Of a stretch of 64,000 nt of DNA, positions 11,420 to 21,630 are shown in pieces. This DNA comes from Perkinsela sp. CCAP 1560/9 (Eukaryota; Protista; Euglenozoa: Kinetoplastea). A program made the position numbers and the translations under genes. The first letter of the stretch is position 1, and each line of letters opens with the position of its first letter. Below the pieces are notes generated by a model. That model did no database searches and was not told the DNA's origin. It saw only the letters and a list, made by a program, of their open reading frames with translations. Location: positions 1 through 64,000 of the forward strand of contig CBFFSA010000035.1 in the NCBI GenBank assembly GCA_965644495.1, read 5' to 3'.

Positions 11420-13191
11420 TTATTGACTCACGGTACGCTGAAAATAAGTTTTTCCCGTGTCTAGCCAGTGCTGCGCAGCTGATTGTAGACGTTTTAATGA
11501 TGCTTCCTTCCTTCCGATTTCTTCTAAGCGTGCTACCAGGCGTTCTGGCCTAGTATCAATGTCTGCAATATTTTCTGCTGAAGGGGTATCCACCACAATA
11601 ATTGTCATTGATGTCTCCTGGGCTGTCGAGTATATTCTCTTTATTACTTCGTCAATGCTGTCCACTGGGCTATAAGCCTTTTCTACGTCCTTTCCAGCCG
11701 CAGTGCTGTCGCAAAATACGTACGTTATGCACGCTTTATATCGCGAGGCAACTTGCACCCCCTTTTCAAAAGCTAGTGCCTCGGCAAAAGCTATGTCAAT
11801 CTCCCGAGCTAGAGACCCGTCTTTAAGTTCTGCATATGAGTCTGTAAAGGCCCCCACCTCTCTAACGTGATCAAGATCGTGTAAAAGCCCATCGAAAGGG
11901 CGTCGCGTCAACAGCAATTTGTACTACGCGCTCGCAGGGAATATGTAGATGAATTTTTGGATGATTCCAGTCACATTCAATGCGCCCAATGAGTTGTGCT
12001 AAGAAGTCCATTTGGGGAGTTAAAGAAAGAGTCTGTTCATCCCAAATCGTGATATAACCCAACTTACTTTGAAACTTGGATGCTCTGCCGAGGGATACTT
12101 TGTCCGCTTTAACAATAGTAAACGCAAAACGTAAAAATCCTAAAAGGGCGAAAAGTGCCCGGGGCGTCGCTGTTATTCTTGATTTGGCTATATTTTTCCA
12201 AAACAATACTGAACTTTCTTCGAGTGTCCATCGGATACCTTTCGATGTTACCTGCAAGCGAACACCACAAAAGGTGAACTGGCTATCAAGCGGCTCTTGT
12301 CGCAAATATTTAAAACATAGCGCAGCTCTCCTAGTGAAATTTCTCTTTAAGACAGATATCCATTCATCTGTGTGAGATGCCGGCACAAAAAGTAACATCG
12401 AGTCATACACCAAGAAACCCCCCCCCCCGGAGGTCAAAGAAATATATGCTGGTGCGCTCTCACTCACATAAACATCAAGTGGGATTCCCAGACGCAATCG
12501 TTGATCCATATTTAAATTCAACAAGACCCCACACAAGTGCCTGACAAATTCCACATGATTTTTCATATCCCATTGGAAGAACAGCAGCTTGTAAGATACG
12601 GTCCGTGTAGGCTACGCAACACCTTTTGTTGCCGATTGGAATTTGATAATAAGCGTTCGATATGTCAGCATGAATCGCCTTGAGTTTAAATTTCGAGGGC
12701 TCAAGCCTACGAAGAACATCCAAAAACTGTCCAACCCCCAGTACGGAGAATGGTACACCTGGAAGAGTGCACAGCGCGTTCAGTTGTCTCATGTCTAATA
12801 TTGCTCTTGCCTGTCCGTTAGCTTTCATGACGGCTGTATACTCTGAAAGAATCGGCGTGGGTACATACTCACTTTTCCACACAGAATAAAAATTTTGCAG
12901 AACCCCTACCTCAATGAGGTATTCAACATGACGGGGCCACCGTTTTACGACACGACATTCGAGCGACTCCCTATTCGGTTCATGACCTTGAAGCGGGTCC
13001 TGATTTAGGAGACCTAGTGCGCATCTGGCAAAAGGAATATCAGACAATGACTTTCCTACATGAAACACACCACCCCCCACGTTTATCAGGTCGACAAGTA
13101 AAGTATGGGAACCCGCGATTTTACCCCGAAATTCACCAAAATCGGACTTTGGAATAGTTCTTATATCAATTCCGGGACCAGAACTATGCAT
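11420..13191 (-). pseudogene. Reverse transcriptase-RNase H polyprotein with two frameshifts
   Basis: RT motifs KANGQARAILD, HADISNAYYQI, LPMG, LVYDSML, FTFCG and thumb RALFALLG. RNase H motifs IAVDAT, AEALA, FCDST and SAENIAD..TR. Split across ORFs 12475-13191, 11871-12566 and 11420-11917. Confidence 0.85.
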
Positions 13192-13220
13192 TCAGACAAT
13201 TCAATCCCTTGTACGTATTC

Positions 13221-14120
13221 TTAATATCTTACTATCACTTCATACAAACTGGTGCAAACATGTAGAAACATGTACAGACTGTCAGGGCAAACATACCCAA
13301 AGTTCTCCGGTAACTCCCTAATAAAATGCAGTACCCACATATCGGCCAGCATTTTATAATTCTCCGCCTTTTCTCTACTACTGGAAATTGCTTGTCCATG
13401 GGGGTGCTCAATATATTCTGCAGCCACCTTTCCCCATCTACCATCCTTTAGCAAGCTTGCCCTTTCTCTGAGCAATACAAGATTGCCCCCTGACACCATG
13501 TTGTAATTCTCTAGGCGGAGGCAGGTAAGCCCCCGTTGAAAGCTGGTGGAAACCTTCGGATTCTTCTCGTTTCCGATATCCTGTTCCGCCATTTCCAAAG
13601 CCAATTTTCTGTTAGATTTCCGTTCGACTTCACGAGCAGCTTTGTCACGTTGTAAAGCTGCAATAAGCGAATCGGTAACAGGTTTAGAAGTGTAACCGGG
13701 CGCGGACGATACCTTAGCACGAGGAACGCTATTCTCTCCTACAACCGGAGCTTGATCATATGACACCGACACATCCGGAGGACTAATCCCATGACCAACT
13801 GTTGACATCCTACATCGTGGCACGGCTACCACTGAATTCAGAGAGTCTGTCTCTGCACAATCTACCTGTTCCAAACCATTAATAATTTCAATTTTCCGAA
13901 TGCGCTCTTTAAGAAGACGATTTTCCTCTTGCTCCTTGCGCAGCGCATCTTGTATCTTAGATTTTTCGACTCCTTTTAAGGATCCGTTCATTTCGTCTTT
14001 AGAGTTTCTATTACCTTTCTTTTTAATTCCTTTGCTGGAAATGTTTTCATCCTTTCCACGCTTTGCGCGCTCTACGCGTTGCGCCTTTGAAAGAGTCATA
14101 TGAAAGTCAGTTCCGACCAA
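13221..14120 (-). CDS. ORF1 (gag-like/coiled-coil) of the ITR retroelement; ATG at 14100
   Basis: A 299-codon frame immediately inside the ITR and upstream of RT, with a basic N-terminus and a coiled-coil-like stretch. Confidence 0.6.
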   Translation of the reverse strand: MVGTDFHMTLSKAQRVERAKRGKDENISSKGIKKKGNRNSKDEMNGSLKGVEKSKIQDALRKEQEENRLLKERIRKIEIINGLEQVDCAETDSLNSVVAVPRCRMSTVGHGISPPDVSVSYDQAPVVGENSVPRAKVSSAPGYTSKPVTDSLIAALQRDKAAREVERKSNRKLALEMAEQDIGNEKNPKVSTSFQRGLTCLRLENYNMVSGGNLVLLRERASLLKDGRWGKVAAEYIEHPHGQAISSSREKAENYKMLADMWVLHFIRELPENFGYVCPDSLYMFLHVCTSLYEVIVRY

Positions 14121-14213
14121 AACACAAAAAACGAAAAGAATGCGACTAATTATCGTTAGTCGTACTCATAAGTTTCCTTCCAACCCAAACCACAAAAGTG
14201 ATTCAGGTAATTA

Positions 14214-14560
14214 TAGGCTCTTCGTTAAACGCGGTGGTTGTTTTCAACTTAGAAGTCACTCATGCTGCGCGCTTCGCGTTGAAAACTACCACCGCGTTTA
14301 ACCAAGAGCCTAAAAAAGAAAAAATCGCCAAAAGATCATGAATAATCTAGTTTTTTGGGTGAAAAAAACCGATTTTAAGGCGAAAATTGCGAAATTTTAA
14401 CCCGAATTTGGGCCGTTTTTGATGCCTTACCAGTAGGGGCAGGAGGCGAATTTGTCGAAAGAAACGTCGCAGAATGGTAGCTGGGCTCCAAAACTCTTAA
14501 AATACGTTAGGAGTCGATTTTGGAAAAATAAAATTTTTACTATTTTTTGGGTCAACTTGT
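14214..14560 (+). repeat. Dispersed repeat copy 2, beginning with a ~100-bp hairpin (14214-14312)
   Basis: TAGGCTCTTCGTTAAACGCGGTGG...CCACCGCGTTTAACCAAGAGCCTA forms the hairpin. The remainder matches 7130-7460. Confidence 0.8.
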
Positions 14561-14843
14561 TTTTTGGTCACCCTAAAAATTTCGGAAATTTTGACCTTGT
14601 CGGACCCCTCCTTCGCGTACCAGGGGGGGGGTACCCCCAGGTGGGGGTGAAAAATTATCGCCGCGGCCTACTCTACCACTTCCCTGCGCTCGATTTTTTA
14701 TTTTTGGACTTGGCATCACGATTTGTGACCCGAAGCATTCGGCCCACGGCGTCGGATCAAAAGGGTATACCCTTATTGTTGGAGGGAGGAGCAAATTACC
14801 TATTGCATAAATAGCGTGTAAATTCTTTCGGCTGGAGGAACGA

Positions 14844-15671
14844 TTAGCTTTCCGCATCCCAGTTTAAATCTTCCCAGTTTCTGTACAGGGAATTTACAAC
14901 GCTTGATGTAGAATTTAATACTTCTGGCGTTGTTCTCAAAATCTCCCAAGTTTTATCGTTCCGAGAAGTTTCCTGTTCGAGCCCCCGAGATATGGGGTCC
15001 GCTGCGTTACTCATCCCCGGCACCCATTTTATGTCAAGATCCACAGTTTCACTTTCCCTCAACTCCCATATGTTTTTAAGAATTTTTAGTGCGTTTCTTG
15101 AATTGCTGTATCCATTGCGCACAGCCGCACGAGCAGGTTCGCAATCAGTCGCAATGATTATGGCATCAAGTTTGGGGGTATCGGGAGGCACATTTCGAAT
15201 TCCCTCTTCAATAGCCATCAGTTCTAAAACGAACGCGGGAAGATCTCTCTCTATTTCAGAGTTCTCCTGGAACCAAACTCCGTACGTAGAGCCGTCAGGG
15301 CGGAAGTAGAGACCCCCCCTTCCGAATTTTTGGCTTGCATCCACAGCAGCATAAACGACGTTTCCAGTACGGAAAATTCTGGGGGTTTCATTCCAAGCCC
15401 TATTCATGGACGAGAGGAAGATGTTCGGCTTCTCTTCATGCCATTGGTTGAGGGGGATACCGCACAATTCTGAGTCCCAGCCGTGGATGCGAGCCTCACG
15501 TGCACATTGTGCTAACAAAATTAAAGCAGAAACCGCACGATACAAAGGTCGGCGCGCAATTCGCAGTTCATAACAATCTCGAAATCCAACCCACCGCCTC
15601 TCGAATTGTTGGAATTTGCGCCGTATTTCGCAAAGTACCATGGGGTATTTTCCGCCATCCGGGTGACACAC
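14844..15671 (-). pseudogene. RNase H (DIRS/VIPER-type) fragment of a second retroelement
   Basis: AAVDAS, LELMAI, IATDCE and KWVPGMSNAADPISR. No RT is seen upstream. Confidence 0.8.
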
Positions 15672-16642
15672 TCCGTAAATTCCGTAAAGAACGCGTCGAT
15701 GAAGTCATAGCAACTTTCCTTACGCGAATAGGGAGTGAAAAACAAACTACAAGGTGACAATTGTAATTTTTCTATACACATATTAATCACATATTAATAG
15801 ATCATAATAAAATATTATTATGTGCCCCGTAGGGCCACACATACCCTCTATAATATAGAAAATCTGCAAATCCTCTTCAAACAATTCTTTTCGTGAACTA
15901 TAAACACTTCTTTTGAAGTGAAAAAACACAACACACTCCAAAGATTATGCTGAATGACACCCACCCTAGTTCCTTAGTATCTTGTTATATCCGGTACCGG
16001 GCGGTGTCATTCTCACGCTGCAATGTATGTTTTCCATACATGATCGGGTGAACGGCACCCAAAACACAGCATTCCCGGTCTTCGGTATGACGCAGGCGCG
16101 CGAGCTGGTGTGACGTGCGGAGTAAAATAACGCTGCGATGCTTGAGGTACATACGTGGCGTATCTTATAAAAATGGTGTTCTTATATAAAGTCCATATCT
16201 CATCATAAGGTACAGAAAGCCTTCAACATTAGAAGGACGATCTGTTTGCTGCAACTCGCAGCCTTTGACTACTCACCTTCACACTTCTTTCCAACTTCCC
16301 TAATACTGCCGCTCTGCACGTCTTCTTGGAGAGCCTCCATTTTTATCCTCCCAGTCTTAAAAAGCGTAAGGAGAAATTGAACCTGGTGGATCGACAGCCC
16401 GAGCTGAAAGGGAGTTTTGGGCGCTCTAGAGTTATCGCTCCATCTGGGAACATTTTTCACACGCACGCAATAGACGTTTATCGTAGCAGGGGGCTTCAAG
16501 AGCTTCGGTTGCGTGAGGGAGGGATGCAGAAACATTTGATGAATCTCAGCAAGGCCCGAGCTGAAAAAGATTTTTGGCTCTCTAGAGACCCACTGATTCC
16601 TCATCCGTACAACTGAACCCTTCGATTCCTGTGTGAACAAGC

Positions 16643-17326
16643 TTGCCCGGCACTTTCGAAGAATACCAGCAAAACCCGAGGAGCATTCTGATGAAGGGCT
16701 ATGAGGTGACCGTTCAGGCTGTCTGGGGACATATTGGCGAAGCTCATCGCGAGACTGTACTGGGCAACATATCTCTTAAGGAGGATGGTTCCGGCGATCT
16801 GGAGGCTAAGTGGGCGGATGAACCTGGAATGGCGTATGACTTCCCGTTTCCCGAGATTCATTACTATGAACTTCATATCATCTCTGTCCGTGCACGGATG
16901 CCGGGAGGACGTAGAGTTGAAGATGCAGAGAAAATTTCAATTGCTCCTATCACGGATCCAGCCAAATTTACTTCGTATGACGCATTGACTTGGGGACCGT
17001 GGTTAGAGTCGGTAGATGAGCTTCGGGTACGTGATTTGATTCGGGATTTACGCACCGCGCCGGAATTCGGGCTTCTTTTGAATCCACCGCCGATCCGTGA
17101 ACGTTTATTTAAGATGATCATCGAATGGATCAATGCGGCGCGAGTCTATCCGCAGTGGCGCGAGGAACATTTCTTAGCTATCGTCCGGACTGCGATCGAG
17201 GAGCTCAGGAACAATTATTGGAATGCTGCGGGAATCCCTATTGAGAACCTTCAGTTGAAGCTTCATAAAGAGGCCGAAGGGAAAGATGCATACTCCACGG
17301 GCGCGGCCTTTTTTTCTCTCTCCTAG
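16643..17326 (+). CDS. Hypothetical retroelement ORF1/gag-like protein, probably 3'-truncated
   Basis: A 227-codon frame with natural composition, lying between retroelement remnants. Its N-terminal beta-rich stretch loosely resembles a segment of ORF 21683-24262. Confidence 0.45.
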   Translation: MPGTFEEYQQNPRSILMKGYEVTVQAVWGHIGEAHRETVLGNISLKEDGSGDLEAKWADEPGMAYDFPFPEIHYYELHIISVRARMPGGRRVEDAEKISIAPITDPAKFTSYDALTWGPWLESVDELRVRDLIRDLRTAPEFGLLLNPPPIRERLFKMIIEWINAARVYPQWREEHFLAIVRTAIEELRNNYWNAAGIPIENLQLKLHKEAEGKDAYSTGAAFFSLS

Positions 17327-17383
17327 GCTGATGTTGCCATTTGTTCAACCGTTTTTTTGCAATTAATAAGGGGGGAGAAGTAT

Positions 17384-18760
17384 GAATCGCGGCATTGCCT
17401 CTATATTTTGACCCAGTAGACGAACCAAGTAGGTCCATTGGGGGGGGTATACGAGTTGAAAACAAGCAATCAAATTAGCAATTTGAAAATTTAGCTTTTT
17501 TTTTTTTACTAAAAACTAGCAAACAATTCTACCCGAAATCCACCCCTAATCAAATCACTCCCGCACCAAAACTAAGACCCGTGACGGCACGTCGGTTAGT
17601 GACTTGGTACCCCCCCTTGCCCCCCCCCCCCCTTTCGCAGAGAAACACCCTCCCCCCCCCCTGCGGCTGTTAAATGATTGGGGGGGACGAATTACTCATC
17701 GTTCCCATATCCAAGGAGGGCCGTGTCAGGGACCGCCGCGGGAAGTCGGAGTACCAGCATCCGAGCCTGTGTCCGCATCAGAGTGATGTTAAGTGACGTC
17801 ACCAATTGGTGTAAGGCTTCCCCGTTCGAAAGGGTACCCCCGGAGTATGCCGCACGAGAGACGGAAACCTCCTTGAGGATCGCAAAGGCGCTTGGACTCC
17901 ACGCTCCATAAGATTCCACGACCATCGCTCCAAATCGATGGCGTGCAAACTCTGCTTCCTCTCTTTGCTTCTTTTTGTTTTCGGTGGCGTATCGTTCCGC
18001 AAAAGACCCCGCCGTCACCCAGTTAGCATCACGGACTAAGTCCGTATACTTTGGTTGCTGAACATGAGTGACGGCGAAGTCTAATACAAGAGACTGGCTT
18101 AGCCCGATTGTAGGGATGGACACGTCTCCGGGCCTGGTGAGGGCGCCCCCAGGACCCTTGTTGCCCAGACTCACTTCTCTCCGCGGGGTGAAACCGGCCT
18201 TTTTACATTCAGAAGTAAACTGTGCCGCTAGTGCGTTGTGGCGTGCGATTATACCATGCCCGCTTTTGCACCCCAGAGCGTGGTCACCCTCGGGATCTAG
18301 CGGTAGCGTGCATTTTTCCATAGGACAAGGCCGGGACGCTGGATAGATCGGGTCCCCTAGCCACCAGCGTGTGAGGGTGCGAAACTCCGTCGGTGTGAAA
18401 GCCAGACCGGTTTTCTTGGAGGGGATCACAAAAGCCCATTCTGAGGCTCCTTCTCCTGTTTCTGATATCCATCTGGCCCGTGTGCGAAGGTCAGCTTTCG
18501 CAAATGCCTCGTGAAATTCCTGGTTGGCGATGGCGTGGCTAAGGTCGCGTTGTCGGGGAATCACCAGTTCAGTTCCGGATTCTTGCGCGTCGGTATACGG
18601 AGAATCAGTCGCCAAAGCCATACTTTTCGGAATTTTGCCGCCTTGTTGGACCACCGTCTTTCCGGCACGCCTGTTCACCTCCCGCACGGCATGGTCAAAG
18701 CCCTCAGCGTCCGCTGGGTCCCAACGGTCTTTGTCCGTTGAGAAAGCTACGGAGGCAACG
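17384..18760 (-). mobile_element. 5'-truncated CRE-like non-LTR retrotransposon (family of 25642-29836)
   Basis: ORF 17692-18687 has CPMEKC..HALGC, RHN, RREVSLG, RPGDV..LDFAV and VVESYG. The last ~100 nt of its 3' UTR match 29719-29824. Confidence 0.9.
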
Positions 18761-19022
18761 TAATAATAATATAATAATATACCACTTAGTTCTTAAAAGT
18801 GGTTAGGAATCTTTCTGCCATGACTTTGAATGCTACTTTCTTTCTCTTATTCTTTGGACTGACGCAAATGCCTTTTGCAGCATTTTCCAATCGTTGAAAA
18901 GGGCGGAGCGTTGAAAGACCAAAAATATGCTTCGCTATGTTCTCTCTTGAAGGGGAATTAAACGCATTTTTTAGGTCTATTGATAAGATGCATGCCCCCG
19001 TTCTGTAGCGTTCATTTAATGT

Positions 19023-19766
19023 GTGAATGATACGTTCGCACCCAGCCTTCGGAAATTCACCTTAGCAGTAATGCCCCGCCTGGGAATGGGCCATCCACGT
19101 CTTCCCGAATCTCTCACCTGCCCCGGATGCAGAGTTCTTCTAAACAGTGCCACTGCCCTTACACATATTCCGGGTTGCGTCCGATGTGCGGGAATGAATA
19201 CAACGGTAAAGCACAACGCACTAGTACGCTATATTCATAATATGTGTCTGCGTGCGGGTATTCCTTGTGAGTTAGAGCCACGGCAATTCTCCACATATGT
19301 GTGCACATCATGCTCCGAGGTGATCCGAGAAGAACGTCGGCGAGAGCACATTGCGACATGCAAAGGCAACACGCTACACCGTTCAGGTCCCGATTTGGTT
19401 ATTTATTGGGCGACAGGTGAAATCTTCTATGATCTCACCGTCGTACACGATCTGGCACCATCTCTTGCGGGAACAACACCGGCGAAGGCAATCAAAGATG
19501 CGATCGCGCGGAAAAACACCAAATACGTCTCATCGAATATGTTCGCCGAGGAGCAATTCGCCTGTTTACCGGTGCTGTCAAGTGGCTCATTGCACGCCCG
19601 AACTCGGGAGCTGCTACGGCTTCTGGCGGAAAAGATTTCTATTGAGCCCAGCAAGGTGGAAAACGATTTCATACTTCTCTTGCAGGAGATGAATGGAAAC
19701 ATTCTCCTAGGCCAGCTCAGAAAGTACCTGAGCCAAAGCCATGGGGACGATATTTGCGCTTTTTGA
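19023..19766 (+). pseudogene. 3' fragment (zinc finger plus REL endonuclease) of a CRE-like element (family of 21631-25641)
   Basis: MPRLG, CPGC..HIPGC, KHN, EPR and SGPDLVIYW..FYDLTV are colinear with ORF 24272-25480. Confidence 0.9.
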
Positions 19767-19997
19767 TGGAATATGCAGTGAGAATCCGTGGTAGGAAGTC
19801 TCATAGTTTACGAAAAGAATTGTTTGAAGAGGATTCGCAGTTTATATCATACAATTATTAAGACAACGTTTAAAAAATAATAATTCTGAAATGGCATAGT
19901 GTATTTTTTTTGCTTCCAAATAAAATTTTGTTGGGTGTAAAAAAGCTTGTGAATTTTTCCGCGAAAATCAGACATCGAATGCACCTCCACACGAGAA

Positions 19998-20203
19998 CTT
20001 TTGTTAAGACCCTTTCTTTTGTTAAGACCCTTTCTTTTGTTAAGACCCTTTCTTTTGCTAAGACCCTTTCTTTTGTTAAGACCCTTTCTTTTGTTAAGAC
20101 CCTTTCTTTTGTTAAGACCCTTTCTTTTGTTAAGACCCTTTCTTTTGTTAAGACCCTTTCTTTTGTTAAGACCCTTTCTTTTGTTAAGACCCTTTCTTTT
20201 GTT
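19998..20203 (+). repeat. 18-bp satellite tract, ~11 units
   Basis: (TTTTGTTAAGACCCTTTC)n. Confidence 0.98.
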
Positions 20204-20425
20204 GTCGCAACATATGTGGACTCCAATTTAATTCCGCGCGAGCAATTCGTATGCCTACCGCTTTTGACAGGTGGTGCCATGAACAAGAGCACTATAAATT
20301 TCCTCCATAGCCTCGTGGATGCAAACGGATTCGAACGCCGTCATATTCTTGAGGACTTCAAGTTGCTTCTTCAAGAATTGAACGGAGCTCTCCTGGCTTC
20401 GCAACTGCGAAAGACAATGCAATAA
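20204..20425 (+). pseudogene. Extreme 3' coding fragment of another CRE-like element
   Basis: TYVDSNLIPREQFVCLPLLTGG...FKLLLQELNG..SQLRK matches the C-termini of 19023-19766 and 24272-25480. Confidence 0.85.
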
Positions 20426-20621
20426 AACAGGTCATCTCATATTACAAGATGTTATTATTACAAGATTTTATCATTACAATCTTTTAAAAAACCCGTTCAC
20501 TTAGTATCATCTACAAACAATATAGTTTTTGATTTTCTCAGTAGGAAAGGGATTCAAGGTAGGCGTTCTCGACACTATTGACTCACAGGCTCTTTCTTGT
20601 AGAATACCCCGTTGGATTGGC

Positions 20622-20680
20622 TCTTTTGTTAAGACCCTTTCTTTTGTTAAGACCCTTTCTTTTGTTAAGACCCCTTCTTT
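20622..20680 (+). repeat. 18-bp satellite tract, ~3 units
   Basis: Same unit as the main array. Confidence 0.95.
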
Positions 20681-21479
20681 AACGATAAAGTCTTTAACGA
20701 TAAAGATACAGTTTCTGTACCTTGTTGGTTTTTTTTCCCTACTAAGTTTTAGACCTTCATGTGTCCGGGGCGGCATTGACCCAAGCGAGAAGTTGGGAGG
20801 GTGAGGTTCATGTCTTCTCTGCACCTGTTGCATGAATTGTCGAAACGCGCTTCGCTTAAAGGAACAAGGGGTCCAGGAACACTGAAGCAAAAGCGGTGGA
20901 ACTCTCGAGCGCCAAAAATCTTTTTCAGCTCGGGTTTTGCTGGTATTCTTCGAAAGTGCCGGGCAAGCTTGTTCACACAGGAATCGAAGGGTTCAGTTGT
21001 ACGGATGAGGAATCAGTGGGTCTCTAGAGAGCCAAAAATCTTTTTCAGCTCGGGCCTTGCTGAGATTCATCAAATGTTTCTGCATCCCTCCCTCACGCAA
21101 CCGAAGCTCTTGAAGCCCCCTGCTACGATAAACGTCTATTGCGTGCGTGTGAAAAATGTTCCCAGATGGAGCGATACCTCTAGAGCGCCCAAAACTCCCT
21201 TTTAGCTCGGGCTGTCGATCCCCCAGGTTCAATTTCTCCTTACGCTTTTTAAGACTGAGAGGATAAAAATGGAGGCTCTCCAAGAAGACGTGCAGAGCGG
21301 CAGTATTAGGGAAGTTGGAAAGAAGTGTGAAGGTGAGTAGTCAAAGGCTGCGAGTTGCAGCAAACAGATCGTCCTTCTAATGTTGAAGGCTTGAAAGTAG
21401 TAGTGCTTGATATGCTTTTTATACAATATTAAAGATATCTACCATATGTGCAACTCGTAAGCATTCATACAAAAAAAAA
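20676..21479 (+). pseudogene. Processed RNA retrocopy: SL (20691-20727, preceded by a 15-nt partial SL) through poly(A) (21471-21479)
   Basis: SL at the 5' end, A9 tail, and satellite on both sides. 20929-21392 is an inverted near-identical copy of 16217-16680. Confidence 0.8.
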
Positions 21480-21630
21480 CTTTTGTTAAGACCCTTTCTT
21501 TTGTTAAGCCCCTTTCTTTTGTTAAGACCCTTTCTTTTGTTAAGCCCCTTTCTTTTGTTAAGACCCTTTCTTTTGTTAAGACCCTTTCTTTTGTTAAGAC
21601 CCTTTCTTTTGTTAAGACCCTTTCTTTTGT
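21480..21630 (+). repeat. 18-bp satellite tract, ~8 units
   Basis: Same unit. Starts directly after the poly(A). Confidence 0.98.

Larger units (their letters stand above)
10979..14213 (-). mobile_element. ITR-bounded DIRS/VIPER/TATE-like retroelement (ORF1, RT, RNase H)
   Basis: Perfect 72-bp inverted repeats at 10979-11050 and 14142-14213, extending ~13 bp further with one mismatch. The outermost TA on each side could be a TSD. RT and RNase H motifs lie inside. Confidence 0.85.

Noticed and set aside
20691-20800. Functional SL RNA gene
   Set aside because: GT follows the exon, but as a T run rather than a GTATG-like donor. The first 2 nt are missing, satellite replaces the promoter, and the unit ends in poly(A).
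19998-21630. CRISPR-like repeat/spacer arrangement
   Set aside because: The repeats are tandem, the inserts are hundreds of bp of retro-copied RNA, there are no cas genes, and the context is eukaryotic.
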